Of a stretch of DNA of 64,000 nucleotides, positions 24,600 to 36,214 are shown piece by piece (position 1 is the stretch's first letter; each line of letters starts with the position of its first letter). The translations under genes and the position numbers were made by a program. This DNA is from Anthoceros angustus. Lineage: Eukaryota; Plantae; Anthocerotophyta. The DNA is taken from NCBI GenBank assembly GCA_010909165.1, contig MU008178.1, forward strand, positions 694,369 to 758,368, read 5' to 3'. The notes below the pieces were generated by a model. That model was not told the origin of the DNA and did not search any database. It saw only the letters and a list, made by a program, of their open reading frames with translations.

Positions 24600-26470
24600 T
24601 TACTCATACAGATGAGGAGGAAGACGAGGCAGAGCAACCGCCAGGAGCGGCTTGGCGCGAGGCAAGGTTATGCCGAACTTCTCCTCCATATCCAACTCAT
24701 GGGGCGCCTGACCCTGTGGCAAGGCCCAATCGAAGCTATGCACCAGCCTCGCCAGCGAGTATTGCACCATGACAATCCCCAGGTGGACACCAGGGCAAGC
24801 TCGTCTGCCGGAGCCAAAAGGGAGCAGCTGGAAGTGCTGGCCTCGCACGTCGATGTCGCTGTTGAGGAACCTGTCAGGCTGAAACTCCAGCGGATTCTCC
24901 CACGAGCCGGGATGCCGGGCGATGCTCCACACATTCACGAAGGTGGTGGTCTCGGCAGGGATATGGAAGCCTGCCACCTCGCAAGCCTCGCTGCTTGCGT
25001 GAGGAATCAGTAACGGCCCGGCGGGATGAAGGCGGAAGGTTTCCTTTACCACAGCCTGGAAGTAGGGAAGGTTTGGGAGATCGGATTCTGTGATCAACCT
25101 CTCTTTCCCTACCACCGCGTCCAGCTCTTGGTACACCCGTTGCAGAGCCTGGGGATTTCGCAGGAGCTCTGATAAGCCCCACTCCACTGTGATGTTAGAT
25201 GTGTCCGTGCCAGCAGTAATCAAGTCCTGCACACCATGTGTACTCTGTACTTCAGGGCACACTGCACAGACTGTGTGCTATTTATAAGACACAGCCTGGA
25301 GGTAAGGTTAGTACGAGGAGGCGTACCATGGTCAGTGCCTTCATGACATCCTCCTCCAAATGTGGCCCACCATCTTCTCCCGGGAGGGAGAGCAAGATGT
25401 CGAAGTAGTTCCTGGCTTCTTTCTCGTTTCTGGTGTGCCTATGTTCCTCCAGCACACCTGACAGAAAGGAGTCAAATCTCTGGTGAACTCGGCGCATTCT
25501 CTTCTCATAATTCATGATCCGGTCCAGGAAGCCCAAGTATGGGATGAAGTCTCCTATAATGGACACTCCAGCCAGGAAGAACACTTCCTCGATGAGACTT
25601 TTAAATTCTGCGGCCAGGCCCTGCACAAAAATTCGGACGATCAGAGTGACATGTCTGGTAGCGACGACGGTGAGGGAGACTCGTGAGTGGCTGGGATGGA
25701 GCACATACTTCTTCCTCAACTTTGCTGGACTGAGAGGATTTGGTGTAGGAAAAGAACCTCTTGCTCATCAAGATACGCGTCATTACGTTCGTGGTAAGGA
25801 ACAACGCTCTCTCCTGAAAGTCCACCACGGGAGACGTGTTACTGTCCTCCAAGATGGACTTCACCATTCTGGACAGCTCCTCCGCCCTCACATTCTGGAA
25901 CTGCTGGACCCGCTTTGCATTCAGCAGCTCCGAATTTGTTATCTTCCTGCGTTCCAAGGTACAGGTGCTTCGACTTGGCTGCTGGCACGGGTCCCATTGA
26001 ATCACAGCAATCATGAGAAAATATAGTGACTGTGCGTTCACGACTGACCTGAGAAACCTCCAGTGCGCGCTGTAGGAGGCGAAGCCCATGGTGCTCTCGC
26101 CATATCCCAAGGCGTCCTTGGCAGTCAAGTAGGGCCGGTTTGCAAACTCCCGGTCCAGAGTCTTGAGAACCTCTTTGGCGATCTCCGGAGAGGACACAAC
26201 AATCCCCTGCTTCGACCCCAGGCGTAGTGACATGATGGGGCCATATTGTTGGGCCAGACGGTGTAACTCCTGGTGCGGATGGCTGGAAGCTACAAAAAGG
26301 AGAAGATTGCCGAACACTGGCACCCCTGAAGGACCAGGCGGCAGCCTCTTCTTATACCTGCTGCTCTGCTTCCAACGCTGCAGCAACACAGCCAACGCCA
26401 CCAGTCCCAGCACCACGTACAACCACGACTCTGTGAGAGCGTGGGCGACTTGTTCTGCCATGTTCTCCAT
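24600..26470 (-). CDS. Cytochrome P450, clan 71 (A-type), about 526 aa, 4 exons, apparently intact
   Basis: Exons 26470-26049, 25946-25709, 25620-25327 and 25226-24600 total 1581 nt. Features: N-terminal membrane anchor, LPPGP hinge, AGTDTS I-helix, ETFR (ExxR), PDRF and FGSGRRACPG heme motif. The family cannot be assigned by eye. Confidence 0.95.
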
Positions 26471-26715
26471 GTCTGCTGCAAAGGTTCAGAACAAGGGGTG
26501 GAGAAGTCGGCTGCCCATGCGACCTGGTTTCTGTGGCCCCCGAGCCATCAACGAGGGGACGCGCGTCCAGATTTCATACCGTGCGATTTGCACTCTGCAC
26601 CGCGTTCCCGGCGGAATCCAAGCGATAATGGGTTTCCAGGATAGCATGTCAGTCAAGACGTTAACCAAGAATATCCGTTGGCTCCGGGCCGTCCGCCACA
26701 TGTACACTCGGGCAG

Positions 26716-26924
26716 ACTACGAGTGTCATGGAGACGTCATTCCATACTTGGGCTTCCTTGACCGGATATGAAGTATGAGAAGAGGATGCGGAGACTTCAC
26801 CAGCTATTTGACTTCCTCCTCATAGCTGTGCTGGAGGAACATAGCACACCGGAAATGATTTCAAAGAAGCCAGGACCTACTCCGATATTCTTCTCTCCCT
26901 CCGTGGAGAAGACGGTGGACCACA
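26716..26924 (+). pseudogene. Inverted P450 exon-3 fragment, left half, cut by the Copia insertion
   Basis: Encodes GDVIPYLGFLDRI..YEKRMRRLHQ..VLEEH..LLSL.GEDGGPH with frameshifts. It is paralogous to 25327-25560 in the opposite orientation. Confidence 0.9.
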
Positions 26925-27182
26925 TATTAGCATAGGCTATTCACTAGATATACAAGATACCAACTCCAAGGGACACATCCCTTCGCATACGGGTATTTAA
27001 GCCTCTATGTACAATCTTAATTAACCTTTTGTCTTTCCTTACGGGTAATTAAGCCTCTATGTACAATCTTAATTTACCTTTTGTCTTTCCTTATGGGGAT
27101 TTAAGCCTCTATGTACAATCTTAATTTACCTTTTATCTTTCCTCACGCATTCTCTGTCCCAGCCTCTTGCACCACTTTAATA
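26925..27182 (+). repeat. 5' LTR (TATTA...TAATA), 258 bp, with an internal ~51 bp unit x3
   Basis: Aligns to 39401-39555 except for two extra copies of ttaagcctctatgtacaatcttaatt.accttttgtctttcctta.ggg. Confidence 0.92.
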
Positions 27183-27192
27183 TGGTATCAGA
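27183..27192 (+). other. Primer-binding site (tRNAi-Met type)
   Basis: TGGTATCAGA immediately follows the 5' LTR. Confidence 0.9.
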
Positions 27193-29099
27193 ACATGGGT
27201 ATGATATATTCTGATGGCTAGGACAGATAGGATAGGTGGGTTTCCTTTCCTTGTGCACTATTGACATCCGTGGTTGATTCGAGATATAGAGCGTCATTAG
27301 GCTCCATAATGACACAGGAGCTTTGGGGAACGCCTCTAGCCTTTCCCCCCTCTCTATTACATGCACAACTGCTTCATCTCTCCCATAGCGAACCTCTACA
27401 TTCAGATGTTGCTGGATAGAGGGTGGCTACCTGGACACCTTCCGCCAGCGGAGAGCCTTTTGCCACCACATCACTCCTCATGAATTGATGAAGTTCCAAT
27501 ATCCCAAGCAAGAACCGAATGTAGGTGCCCAAGTCCGGGATGCCTTTTGCATGGGTGGTTTGAGGACAATCTTGTGAGGGGCGCCTCACTTGGAGGATAT
27601 ACTCCACACTCTTCTAGGCCACACATCGCTCAACTCCTTGCGGATTGTTGGCACTCTTTCGGCTCATCCTCTTGCAGATCTGTGTTCAATCATTTAGGAT
27701 CCTCCAAACCAGCACCAGATGAGGCGCCTAGGGAGCAATTGACACCGGAGCACATCACATCCCCAACGGCTAGGTGTGCCGCAGCAGGCAATCGACAGAT
27801 TGAGCGCCTGCGGGCGCTCCCCGTGGACATTGCGCGCGCGGAGCTGCGCGCATCCGCGAACGGGCGTGCGCACCCCGAACCAGCGCTCCCCGCCCGACGC
27901 TTTGGGAAGGGGAAGGGAGGGCGGTCGGGTGGGGCGGGTGCTTCCCACACGGTTCCACTCGAACTAATGTGAACACGCCCCTCGTGGGCACCGGTTCGAA
28001 ACCAATTCAGCAAAGCGCCGGTTCACACTTGGCCACCTTGGAGGTTCCTCGTGGTTTCCTTCCTTCTTGCTATCCGGCAAATACTCCACCTGAGTTTGAT
28101 TTAACTCGTTGTGGACGTCCTTTCGCTGACGGACCAGCCGAACGCACACAAATCCCGTATCGTGTAGTATGGGGTTCAATCCCAAGGGAATGGTTCGCTC
28201 CGTTCGCTTATTGTTTACCTACTCCGTGTCCCTAATTAATCTAGGTTGCTATCGTAAACCGATCCGTACCACTGGACTTTCTTGGGTGCGAGGGTGGGTA
28301 GCGGACCTCACCCTTCTTACGATCAAAACTAATCCAGCCGTTATCGTTGTCCGGCCGCCACCGCAGGGCCCCCACTTGCGAGAGTGGGTAGCAAACCCTG
28401 GGACGTGACGTGATCCCCGGTCGGACTCTACTATGGCGATCGCCTAGCTATTCGGGCATTGTGCCAGAAACGGTGCTCAAGCTACCGCCCAACCCTTCCG
28501 ACGAATCGAATCAAGGTGCAAACCACCCTCTGCAGCGTCAACGGCCGGAGATTACAGACCCGAGCCCAATCGTAATACTGCCCGAACTCTCTACTCCGCA
28601 TTCTCTGCTCACCTTCCCTCTTCATGTTCCATATCAAACTCTACCGTACAGGCCCGGTACCGCCGAACGTTTAAGGACTCGTTCACATCCTCGTATCCAC
28701 CCTGTCCGGGGCTCTTCTCGTCTGCTCCTCTCTTGTCGTTTGCGCTTGCACTCTCCAGTCCGTCATGATGTGGTCGTGCGCTCCGATGAAATGCCGGGCC
28801 ATAGCACCTCCACGCGTTAGGGGGTTCGTCACTTGAACCTAGATAGCCCTCTCCGGAGTAGTCCGCCTGCTCGGTGACTCGGGCATCGCATTAGCACTTG
28901 GCTCACAGGAGTCAGTATGCACAACATGGTATCAACCCCAAAAGAAAAATCATACTATGGGGGCGGCAACCCCCCTCTTATACTGCCTCTAAGGCAGTGC
29001 CTTCATTACAACCCGAAGGCTGGCCCTACTGCCAGCTACCTACACACGTGAGAGGGATGCCGGGCCCTTACGCGTGGCTACCTACGTAGGTCTACGATG

Positions 29100-30560
29100 G
29101 TGGGGTTCTTGACTGGGCGACTCCCTCACACCCAATCCCCAACCACAGGCTTGAGGCGGCCGCTGATATCCTTAACCCACACGGCGAGGCTCGGGTTCCC
29201 CCTCGATCTTGGTTGGACCTCACGCCTGGAGGTGCGCTTATCTTGTTACCACGGGTCTTCCTCGCTCTTGATAGCAGCACGGAGTTTCAAAGATTGCCCC
29301 TTGTGCCCCGGCGCCCTCTTTTGCGCCAATGGGTCCGCCCGCAACTCCGGAGGCCGGATCTCTGAGTCCGTCCTCAACTCCGGAGGCTAGACCTCTGGGT
29401 CTGTCCTCTTGCCTTGGGGGCGGACCTCGATACCCCCCACCACAAGTCCACTCCTCAGCCCCGCACCCTCTTCCGCTGAACCACTCCCTTCCGTGCCCCC
29501 CAACTCGGGTGCAGGGTCCAGAGAGCATACTTCTCAGTCCACTGGGGCTCGTCCGCCCAGCTGCCGCCCTTCCTCCGATGGCTCCGCCTCGCCACTGCTG
29601 CCATCTCCAAACAGGGCGCCTAGGCGCCGCCTCGCCGTATTCTCTTTGAGCCCTTCTTCTCCCATGGCCTCCTCCAACTCTTCTGGGGTCCCTGCCGCCT
29701 CAGCCAGTTGGTGCACCACGCTTACGACTTGCAGGAGCCCCGCGTGGTAGTAAGCGAAGTCCGAGTCTACCTGCTGTATGGCCTCCTCTACATGAGCCCG
29801 TAGGACGCGATACTCTCAGCTCCACTGGTGCTCCGGCAGTCGGGCGTGCTCTCCTGCTTGTTGAGCCATCTCATTTTCCAGCCCTTCTAGCCGAGCCCTT
29901 GTGGCATCTCGGGAGGCTGTGAGGGAAGCCTCTACGATTTTTTGGAGCCGCCGCTTCTCGCTAGCGCACTCCCTCTCCCGTTCCATCTTGAGGCCCTCCA
30001 GTTGGGCCCTCAGGACCCGGATCTCCTCCACCACTGGAGCTATAGCTCCGGTCTCCTTCTCCGCCTCCTTCCTCCAGTGCCGGGTCCGCCACCGACTCAA
30101 GCGCTCCACCTCCTTTTCAAGTCGCTCCGCAACATGGACCAAGCGAGTGCCTCCTCGAGTTCCTTCATGAGCTCGCCGACGTCCAGTTGCTTGCTCTTGT
30201 AGTGAGTTTTCTCCGCCCCAAGGTAGAGCTAGAGTCGATCCACCTCTCGCTCGAAGTCTTCAATCTGGCCCTGAAGGAGCCCGTTCCTCTCCTCCACCAC
30301 CTGGAGCTATAGCTCCAGGGTCTCCTTCTCCGCCTCCACTCGCTGCCGCACTTCCTCGATGCCTTGGAGCTGCGACCGAAGATCCGTCAGCTCTCCTAGC
30401 TGTTCCTACATCTCCACTCCATGGGCAGCCCGGGCTTGCTCCCATATCACCAGGTCTCCCTTCAGGTGGGCGATCTCATGGTCCCGCTCCTTTGGGGCAT
30501 GCTTCTCTGTAAGCTACCTTGACATCAACCCTCCTCCAGGAGCGCCACACACGGCGCCCG
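29100..30560 (-). other. Frameshifted coiled-coil ORF block, antisense to the Copia pol
   Basis: ORFs at 29816-30142 (AERLEKEVERLSRW..RAQLEGLKMERERE), 29534-29719 and 30260-30445 are E/R/A-rich and heptad-like. No family was recognised. Confidence 0.5.
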
Positions 30561-30889
30561 CCTGTTTATCGTCTGCTTGAATGTTACCCTTGACTCTCAC
30601 ACGTAGGTTGTAGATTCAGGGGCCACCCACCACATGACCGGCCGGCAAGAGTGGTTCACCTCCTTCGAGCCAAACACTATTGAGAGCTTCATTTACCTTG
30701 GCGATGAGACTCGCCACGCCATCCGAGGTTCTGGTACGATGGCTATTATTTTGCCCAACTCTCAGGTGCGAGAGCTTCACAATGTGCTCTATGTCCCACA
30801 CTTGAGCAAGAACCTCGTATCCATTGGGCAGGCGCTTGAAGCTGGCTATACTTTTGTATTTGGCCCTAACAAGTGCTCTGTCTTTGGCC

Positions 30890-32100
30890 TTCCGCCACCG
30901 CCGCCATCTCCAAGCAGGCGCCTAGGCGCCGCCAGATTCTCTTGAGCCCTTCTTCTCCCATGGCCTCCTCCAACTCTTGGGGTCCTCGCCGCCCACAGGC
31001 ACCACGCCACGACGGGAGCCCAGCGTGGTAGTAAGCGAAGTCCGAGTCTACCGCCGATGGCCTCCTCTACATGAGCCGTGGGGCCGATACTCTCGGCTCA
31101 CTGGTGCTCGGCGGTCAGGCGTGCTCTCACCTTGTTGAGCCATCTCATTTTCCAGCCTTCTAGCCGAGCCCTTGTGGCATCTCGGGAGGCTGAGGGAAGC
31201 CTCTACGATTTTGGAGCCGCCGCTTCGCTAGCGCACTCTCCTGCTCCATCTTGAGGCCCTCCGGTTGGGCCCTCGGGACCCGGATCTCCTCCACCACCGG
31301 AGCTATAGCTCCGGTCTCCTCTCCTCCACCGTGCCGGGTCCGCCACCGACTCAAGCGCCCACCTCCTTTTCAAGTCGCTCCAACATGGACCAAGCGAGTG
31401 CCTCCTCGAGTTCCTTCATGAGCTCGCCGACGTCCAGTTGCTTGCTCTTGTAGTGAGTTTTCTCCGCCCCAAGGTAGAGCTAGAGTCGATCCACCTCTCG
31501 CTCGAAGTCTTCAATCGCCTGAAGGAGCCTGCCTCTCCACCACTGGAGCTATAGCCTGTGGTCTCCTTCTCCGCCTCCACTCGCCGCACTCGATGCCTTG
31601 AGTCATGATCAAGATCCGCTGCCTCCTAGCTGCTCCTACATCTCCACTCCATGGGCAGCCCGGGCTTGCTCCCATATCACCAGTCTCCTTGGTGGGCGAT
31701 CTCATGGTCCCGCCTCCTTTGGGGCATGCTCAGAAGCTACCTTGACATCAACCCTCCTCCAGAGCGCCACACAGGCGCCACCGCTTATCGTCCCGCTTGA
31801 ATGTTACCCTTGACTCACACGTGGTTGTAGATCTGTGGGCCACCCACCACATGACCGCCGGCAAGAGTGGTTCACCTCCTTGAGCCAAACACTATTGAGA
31901 GCTTCATTTACCTTGGCGATGAGACTCGCCACGCCATCCGAGGTTCTGGTACGATGGCTATTATTTTGCCCAACTCTCAGGTGCGAGAGCTTCACAATGT
32001 GCTCTATGTCCCACACTTGAGCAAGAACCTCGTATCCATTGGGCAGGCGCTTGAAGCTGGCTATACTTTTGTATTTGGCCCTAACAAGTGCTCTGTCTTT
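30890..32100. repeat. Indel-rich tandem second copy of ~29590-30890
   Basis: Colinear with the first copy but riddled with 1-3 bp deletions. The junction is at ..gctctgtcttt|ggccttccgccacc. Confidence 0.9.
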
Positions 32101-32334
32101 GACGCTTCCCGCCACCTTGTATTTGTTTGCCAACAGATTGGGCGGTTGTTTGTCTTAGGCACTAGCCCCACCTATACTGCACATGAGGTCCTTTCTTGGC
32201 CCAAGCGGGGGAGTTTGTCTCACCTTGATAGTCCCTTAGTTCCTTGGTGTCCTCTCCTCTAGCAGATTTATGGCACCTTAGGCTAGGTCATGCAGGAATG
32301 CAACAGATGAAAGCTTTGGCCCAAGATGTGGCTA

Positions 32335-32905
32335 TGTCGCATGAGGTAGGCACTTGCATTCATATGAGCACTTCCTCAACAGACAACCAAGCAAAACACA
32401 TCTAATATGCAAATGTAGGTGCAAACAAATAATAATAGGCGAGAGTAGCTCACACATCGTGGTACAAACACACTCTGACCACGAGAACAACATGCAAATT
32501 CCTCACACATCGCTCTTGGAGTCATAGCTTTGGCCTCTTCACAACACCCTTGCATTGCATATCTAGAGGACAAGGTATAATCTGAGCTTGTCCTCTGTGA
32601 AAGGGTCTATATATACTAGCCCTTGGCACTGGCATATTCCTAAGATATCCTATTGGCATTAGCATATGCCGAAAATATCCTAAAAATACACTATAATATG
32701 CAAGAAATATGCTAAGGCATATTACTTGTGCTTATCCACTTAGCTATTGCTAACCATGTTGAATTAACACTAATCAACGATTAATTAATATAAATACCTA
32801 AAATTAATCAATACTAATTACTTTCTTAATGATAAGTAATTAGATTAATTAATGCTAATCAGACACTAAACCCAAGTGCAGAGATAAGTGTCACACGGCA
32901 TGACA
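32335..32905. mobile_element. Solo LTR (TGTC...GACA, 571 bp) nested in the Copia GAG-pre-integrase region
   Basis: Interrupts pol between ..KALAQDVA and GLPFKFV... It has TG/CA inverted ends and a second partial copy at 8520-8825. The target duplication is only approximate (gcta/acta). Confidence 0.7.
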
Positions 32906-34599
32906 ACTACGTCTTGGGTCTCCCTTTCAAATTTGTTTCCAACCTTTCCTTCTATTGTAGTTGCGCTTTTGGTAAGCAGCAACGAAGGAAGTTCCTTGTA
33001 GGCTCCCATAGAAGCCGTGAACCTCTTGGTCTAGTCCACTCAGATTTGCTAGACCCCATGCAAATACCCTCTCTTCAAGGGTCTCTTTACCAAGTTAGCT
33101 TTATTGATGATCATACTTGCTTTGGTTAGGTATATTTGTTGTAGGCGAAATCCAACCATCTCCATATCTTTGGCTGCCCTGCTTTTGTTGATGTTCCCAA
33201 GGCGTTGCAGCAGAAGCTTGATTCTAAGTCCAAGGAAGGCATTCTCCTTGGCTATGGCGAGACTGTCAAGGCCCATAGGATATCCGTGAAGGACTCTTGG
33301 CGTCACATCTTCACTCGCGATGTCATCTTCAACGAGGAGCCCCTTCTCATTTCCCTTGATGTTAGGGAAGACTTACCTCCCCTTGACCCCTCTCCCTCCA
33401 CCTCCGCACCGGATGTTTTTGCTGACGTTGGTGCAGGGGGGGGGAGGATGAATGGGAGTCTGCACCTCTGCCAGCTACACATGTTCTTCCAGACCCTCAA
33501 CCTACTATTCGTCCCCCTGTTTTGGAGCTTATGCTATTACCCACGCCTGCTCCTCCTGCCACTCTTGCCACTTCTTCCATCTCTCAAGCTCCTCCCTCTC
33601 CCCTGCCCTCCAGCAGTGAAGACTCGGACATTGACTTTGGTGGCTCCCTTCTCCTCCCTGCAAGAGGTATCTCACCTACCCCCTCCCCTCCCCACCCCGA
33701 TTCACCTCCTCCTGCAGATGGACCTCCAATACTTCGAAACTCGACTAGGGAGCGGACCCCTAGCAGGAAGGCACTTGAGAACCTTGAACATCCTCAACGG
33801 ACTTCTAACAGACGGCTACCAGCGTGGCCACTTCCACTCCCATTCAAGTTTCGCAATCTACCTCTGATATTGTGGAGCCTACCACACTTACGACCGCCCT
33901 GTCTGGGCCACAAGCAGTCGAATGGAAGAAGGCTATTGACGATGAGTTTCAGTCCTTGCAAGATAACAAGACATGGCAACTCTGTTACTTGCCATCCGAT
34001 CGATCCGCAGTCGGCAACAAGTGGACCTTCAAGATCAAGTACACCGCCGACAGCACCATCGACTGTTATAAGGCAAGACTTGTGGCACTGGGCTGCTCGC
34101 AAAGACCATCCTCATGCTCAAGTCTAAGTTCAGTATGATTAATGTCTGCGCAAGAGACGGCGGATTCCTGAAAGCCCTTTCAACACCTAATTGACTTTCG
34201 ACCATCCCAACTTAAATATCAGCAATAGCACACAGAATAGTTTTTGTCTGTCCGCAAGCAGGTTCAAGCAAAGAGGAACCACCTGGTTTTACACTTTTTA
34301 AGCAATATCACTATGCTTGTTTCGGAGTGCGCCGGTCGACTAGCGCACTCCCACTCAAACCATTTGGAACACCAGGGAGAGCAAAAATCACTCGGGAAAA
34401 AACAGCCAATTTTCTTACGAGTTGTCACAAACATTTGAGGTCGGCCGACACATTGGCATAGAGCCATCCTATGTAGAAAAAAACCAACTTAAATTTGAAA
34501 GAGACATCCGAGTTACTTTGAAAATGAGGGTCAAAGTCAAGGGTTGCACCGGTCGACTAGCGCATATGCAAAGCGTTCGAAGCTAATCTTCGCCAACCG

Positions 34600-35137
34600 G
34601 CTCACCTTATAAACAAACCTTATGAAAAATATTGTGTTTGAAAGGGCTTTAAAATACTGATGTTTGGTGTCTTTTTCGTTACAATCCAATCTCTGATGCC
34701 TGAAAAAACCTTCAAAAACAATAGGTGGTGCACTCTTGGATGAGTGCATCGGTCGACCGACACATTGCAAGTCAAATCTTTCAAAAAATATTTTATTTGA
34801 AAGGCTTTTGAAATACGGATCTCTGATTGTCTTTGTTGTTGTAATCCGCCCTCCGACGCCTGAGAAAAGCTTTAAAAATGGTAGATGGGTGTACCCTTGG
34901 ATGAGAGCACCGATCGACTGACGCATTGCTAGTTAAACCTTAAAAAAATATTCTTTTTAAAATGCCTTTCAAATATGAATTTTTCCGGCGTCTTTTTTCG
35001 TTGTAAGCCGACCTCTGATGCCTAAGAAAACCTTTAAAAGTGGTAAACGGATGCACCCTTGGGTAAGCGCACCGGTGAACTGGCGCACTGCTAGTAAAAC
35101 CTTAAAAAAATATTATATTTGAAAGGCCTTTGAAATG
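34600..35137. repeat. ~161 bp tandem array (about 3.5 copies) replacing the Copia RT core
   Basis: The anchor cttgg recurs at 34735, 34896 and 35058, and aaaaaatatt...gaaagg recurs with the same period. More diverged related sequence extends back to ~34200. Confidence 0.85.
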
Positions 35138-35439
35138 AGTTGGGCGGATCAACTGGATCTGCACAACCATATGTCCTGATATCGGACATGCCATTCCTGT
35201 GCTTGCTCAACATATGGCTAACCCCGGGCCCACACAGTGGTCGGCCCTTAAGCGCACTTTGCGCTACCTTAAGGGTACTATGGCCTACGGGGCTCCGGTA
35301 CCATGGCCCATCCGCCGGTAATGTTGCTTCTACCTCCTTTTCCCAACTTTCACCCTACACAGATGCTGATTGGGGGGAGACGTGGACTCCAAGAAATCCA
35401 CGTTAGGATTCGCCTTGATGCTTTCAGACGCCGCTATCG

Positions 35440-35525
35440 ATTGGGGATCCAAGTGGCAGACCCTCGATTGGGGATCCAAGCGGCAGACCGCCATCGATTG
35501 GGGATCCAAGCGGCAGACCGCCATC
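35440..35525. repeat. 27-30 bp triplication inside Copia RNaseH
   Basis: cgattggg(g)atccaag.ggcagacc occurs three times, giving IDWGSKRQTA-type repeats. Confidence 0.9.
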
Positions 35526-36214
35526 GCACCCTCTTCTACCAAATCCAAGTATATGGCTGCAACACTTGCCACTAAGTGTGTAGTGGATTACATCAGGCTC
35601 CTTGATGAACTTGGTATGATGCAGCAGAAGCCTATGGTTGTTAAGATTGACAGCCAATTCGCTCTCGCTAGCAACCTAAGGTTTGTTCCAGATCCAAGCA
35701 TATCGATCTCCAATACCACTATTTCGTGATGAGCCTTTCACATCAAAGACGACAAGCGAATCAAGGACGGCGCGGCGCTTTAATGCTGGCAGACATAAAA
35801 ATAGTATAACTACGGGCATAGCCGGCCTCACAGCCGTAAGCACCGAACGGGCGCTCACGGCTTTATGACCCTCCGTGATAAGCGGGCCGGTCGGCATGAT
35901 AAGCGGCCGGGTCCGGTGGCCTAACCTAATGACGATGATATATAATCTCACTGGCTTAGCCATACGGCTATATAAGCATGTGGATAGGGTGTGGTCTAGC
36001 TTTCGGCCGTGTTCCTTGTGCAGGGTGTGCTCTAGCTTGTGGGCGTGTTTTTTTGCAGATGGTCACTCGCCATGATGGAGTGTGTTCTTTTTGAGTTGTG
36101 TTCTTTCATGACATAAGTCTCCTCATGATAGAGTGTAGGTTAATGTCTTTTTGGTGTTGAGTTTTAAGGATTATTTTTTTCTTATTTTTAGCCTGATTTT
36201 TCATTAATATCATT

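Larger units (their letters stand above)
30570..35730 (+). pseudogene. Copia pol remnants: protease, GAG-pre-integrase, integrase, RT and RNaseH
   Basis: VVDSGATHHMT..VLYVPHLSKNLVSIGQ (30600-30890, repeated at 31830-32100); LWHLRLGH (~32270); CSCAFGKQ..LGLVHSDL..VSFIDD (32914-33129); KLDSKSKEGILLGY (33205); WKKAIDDEFQSL..KWTFKIK..YKARLVALG (33824-34100); ALKRTLRYLKGT (~35250); KHIDLQYHY (~35700). Confidence 0.92.

Noticed and set aside
27990-28190. GGTTCGAAACC and GGGTTCAATCCC as tRNA T-arms
   Set aside because: No acceptor, D or anticodon stems could be built.
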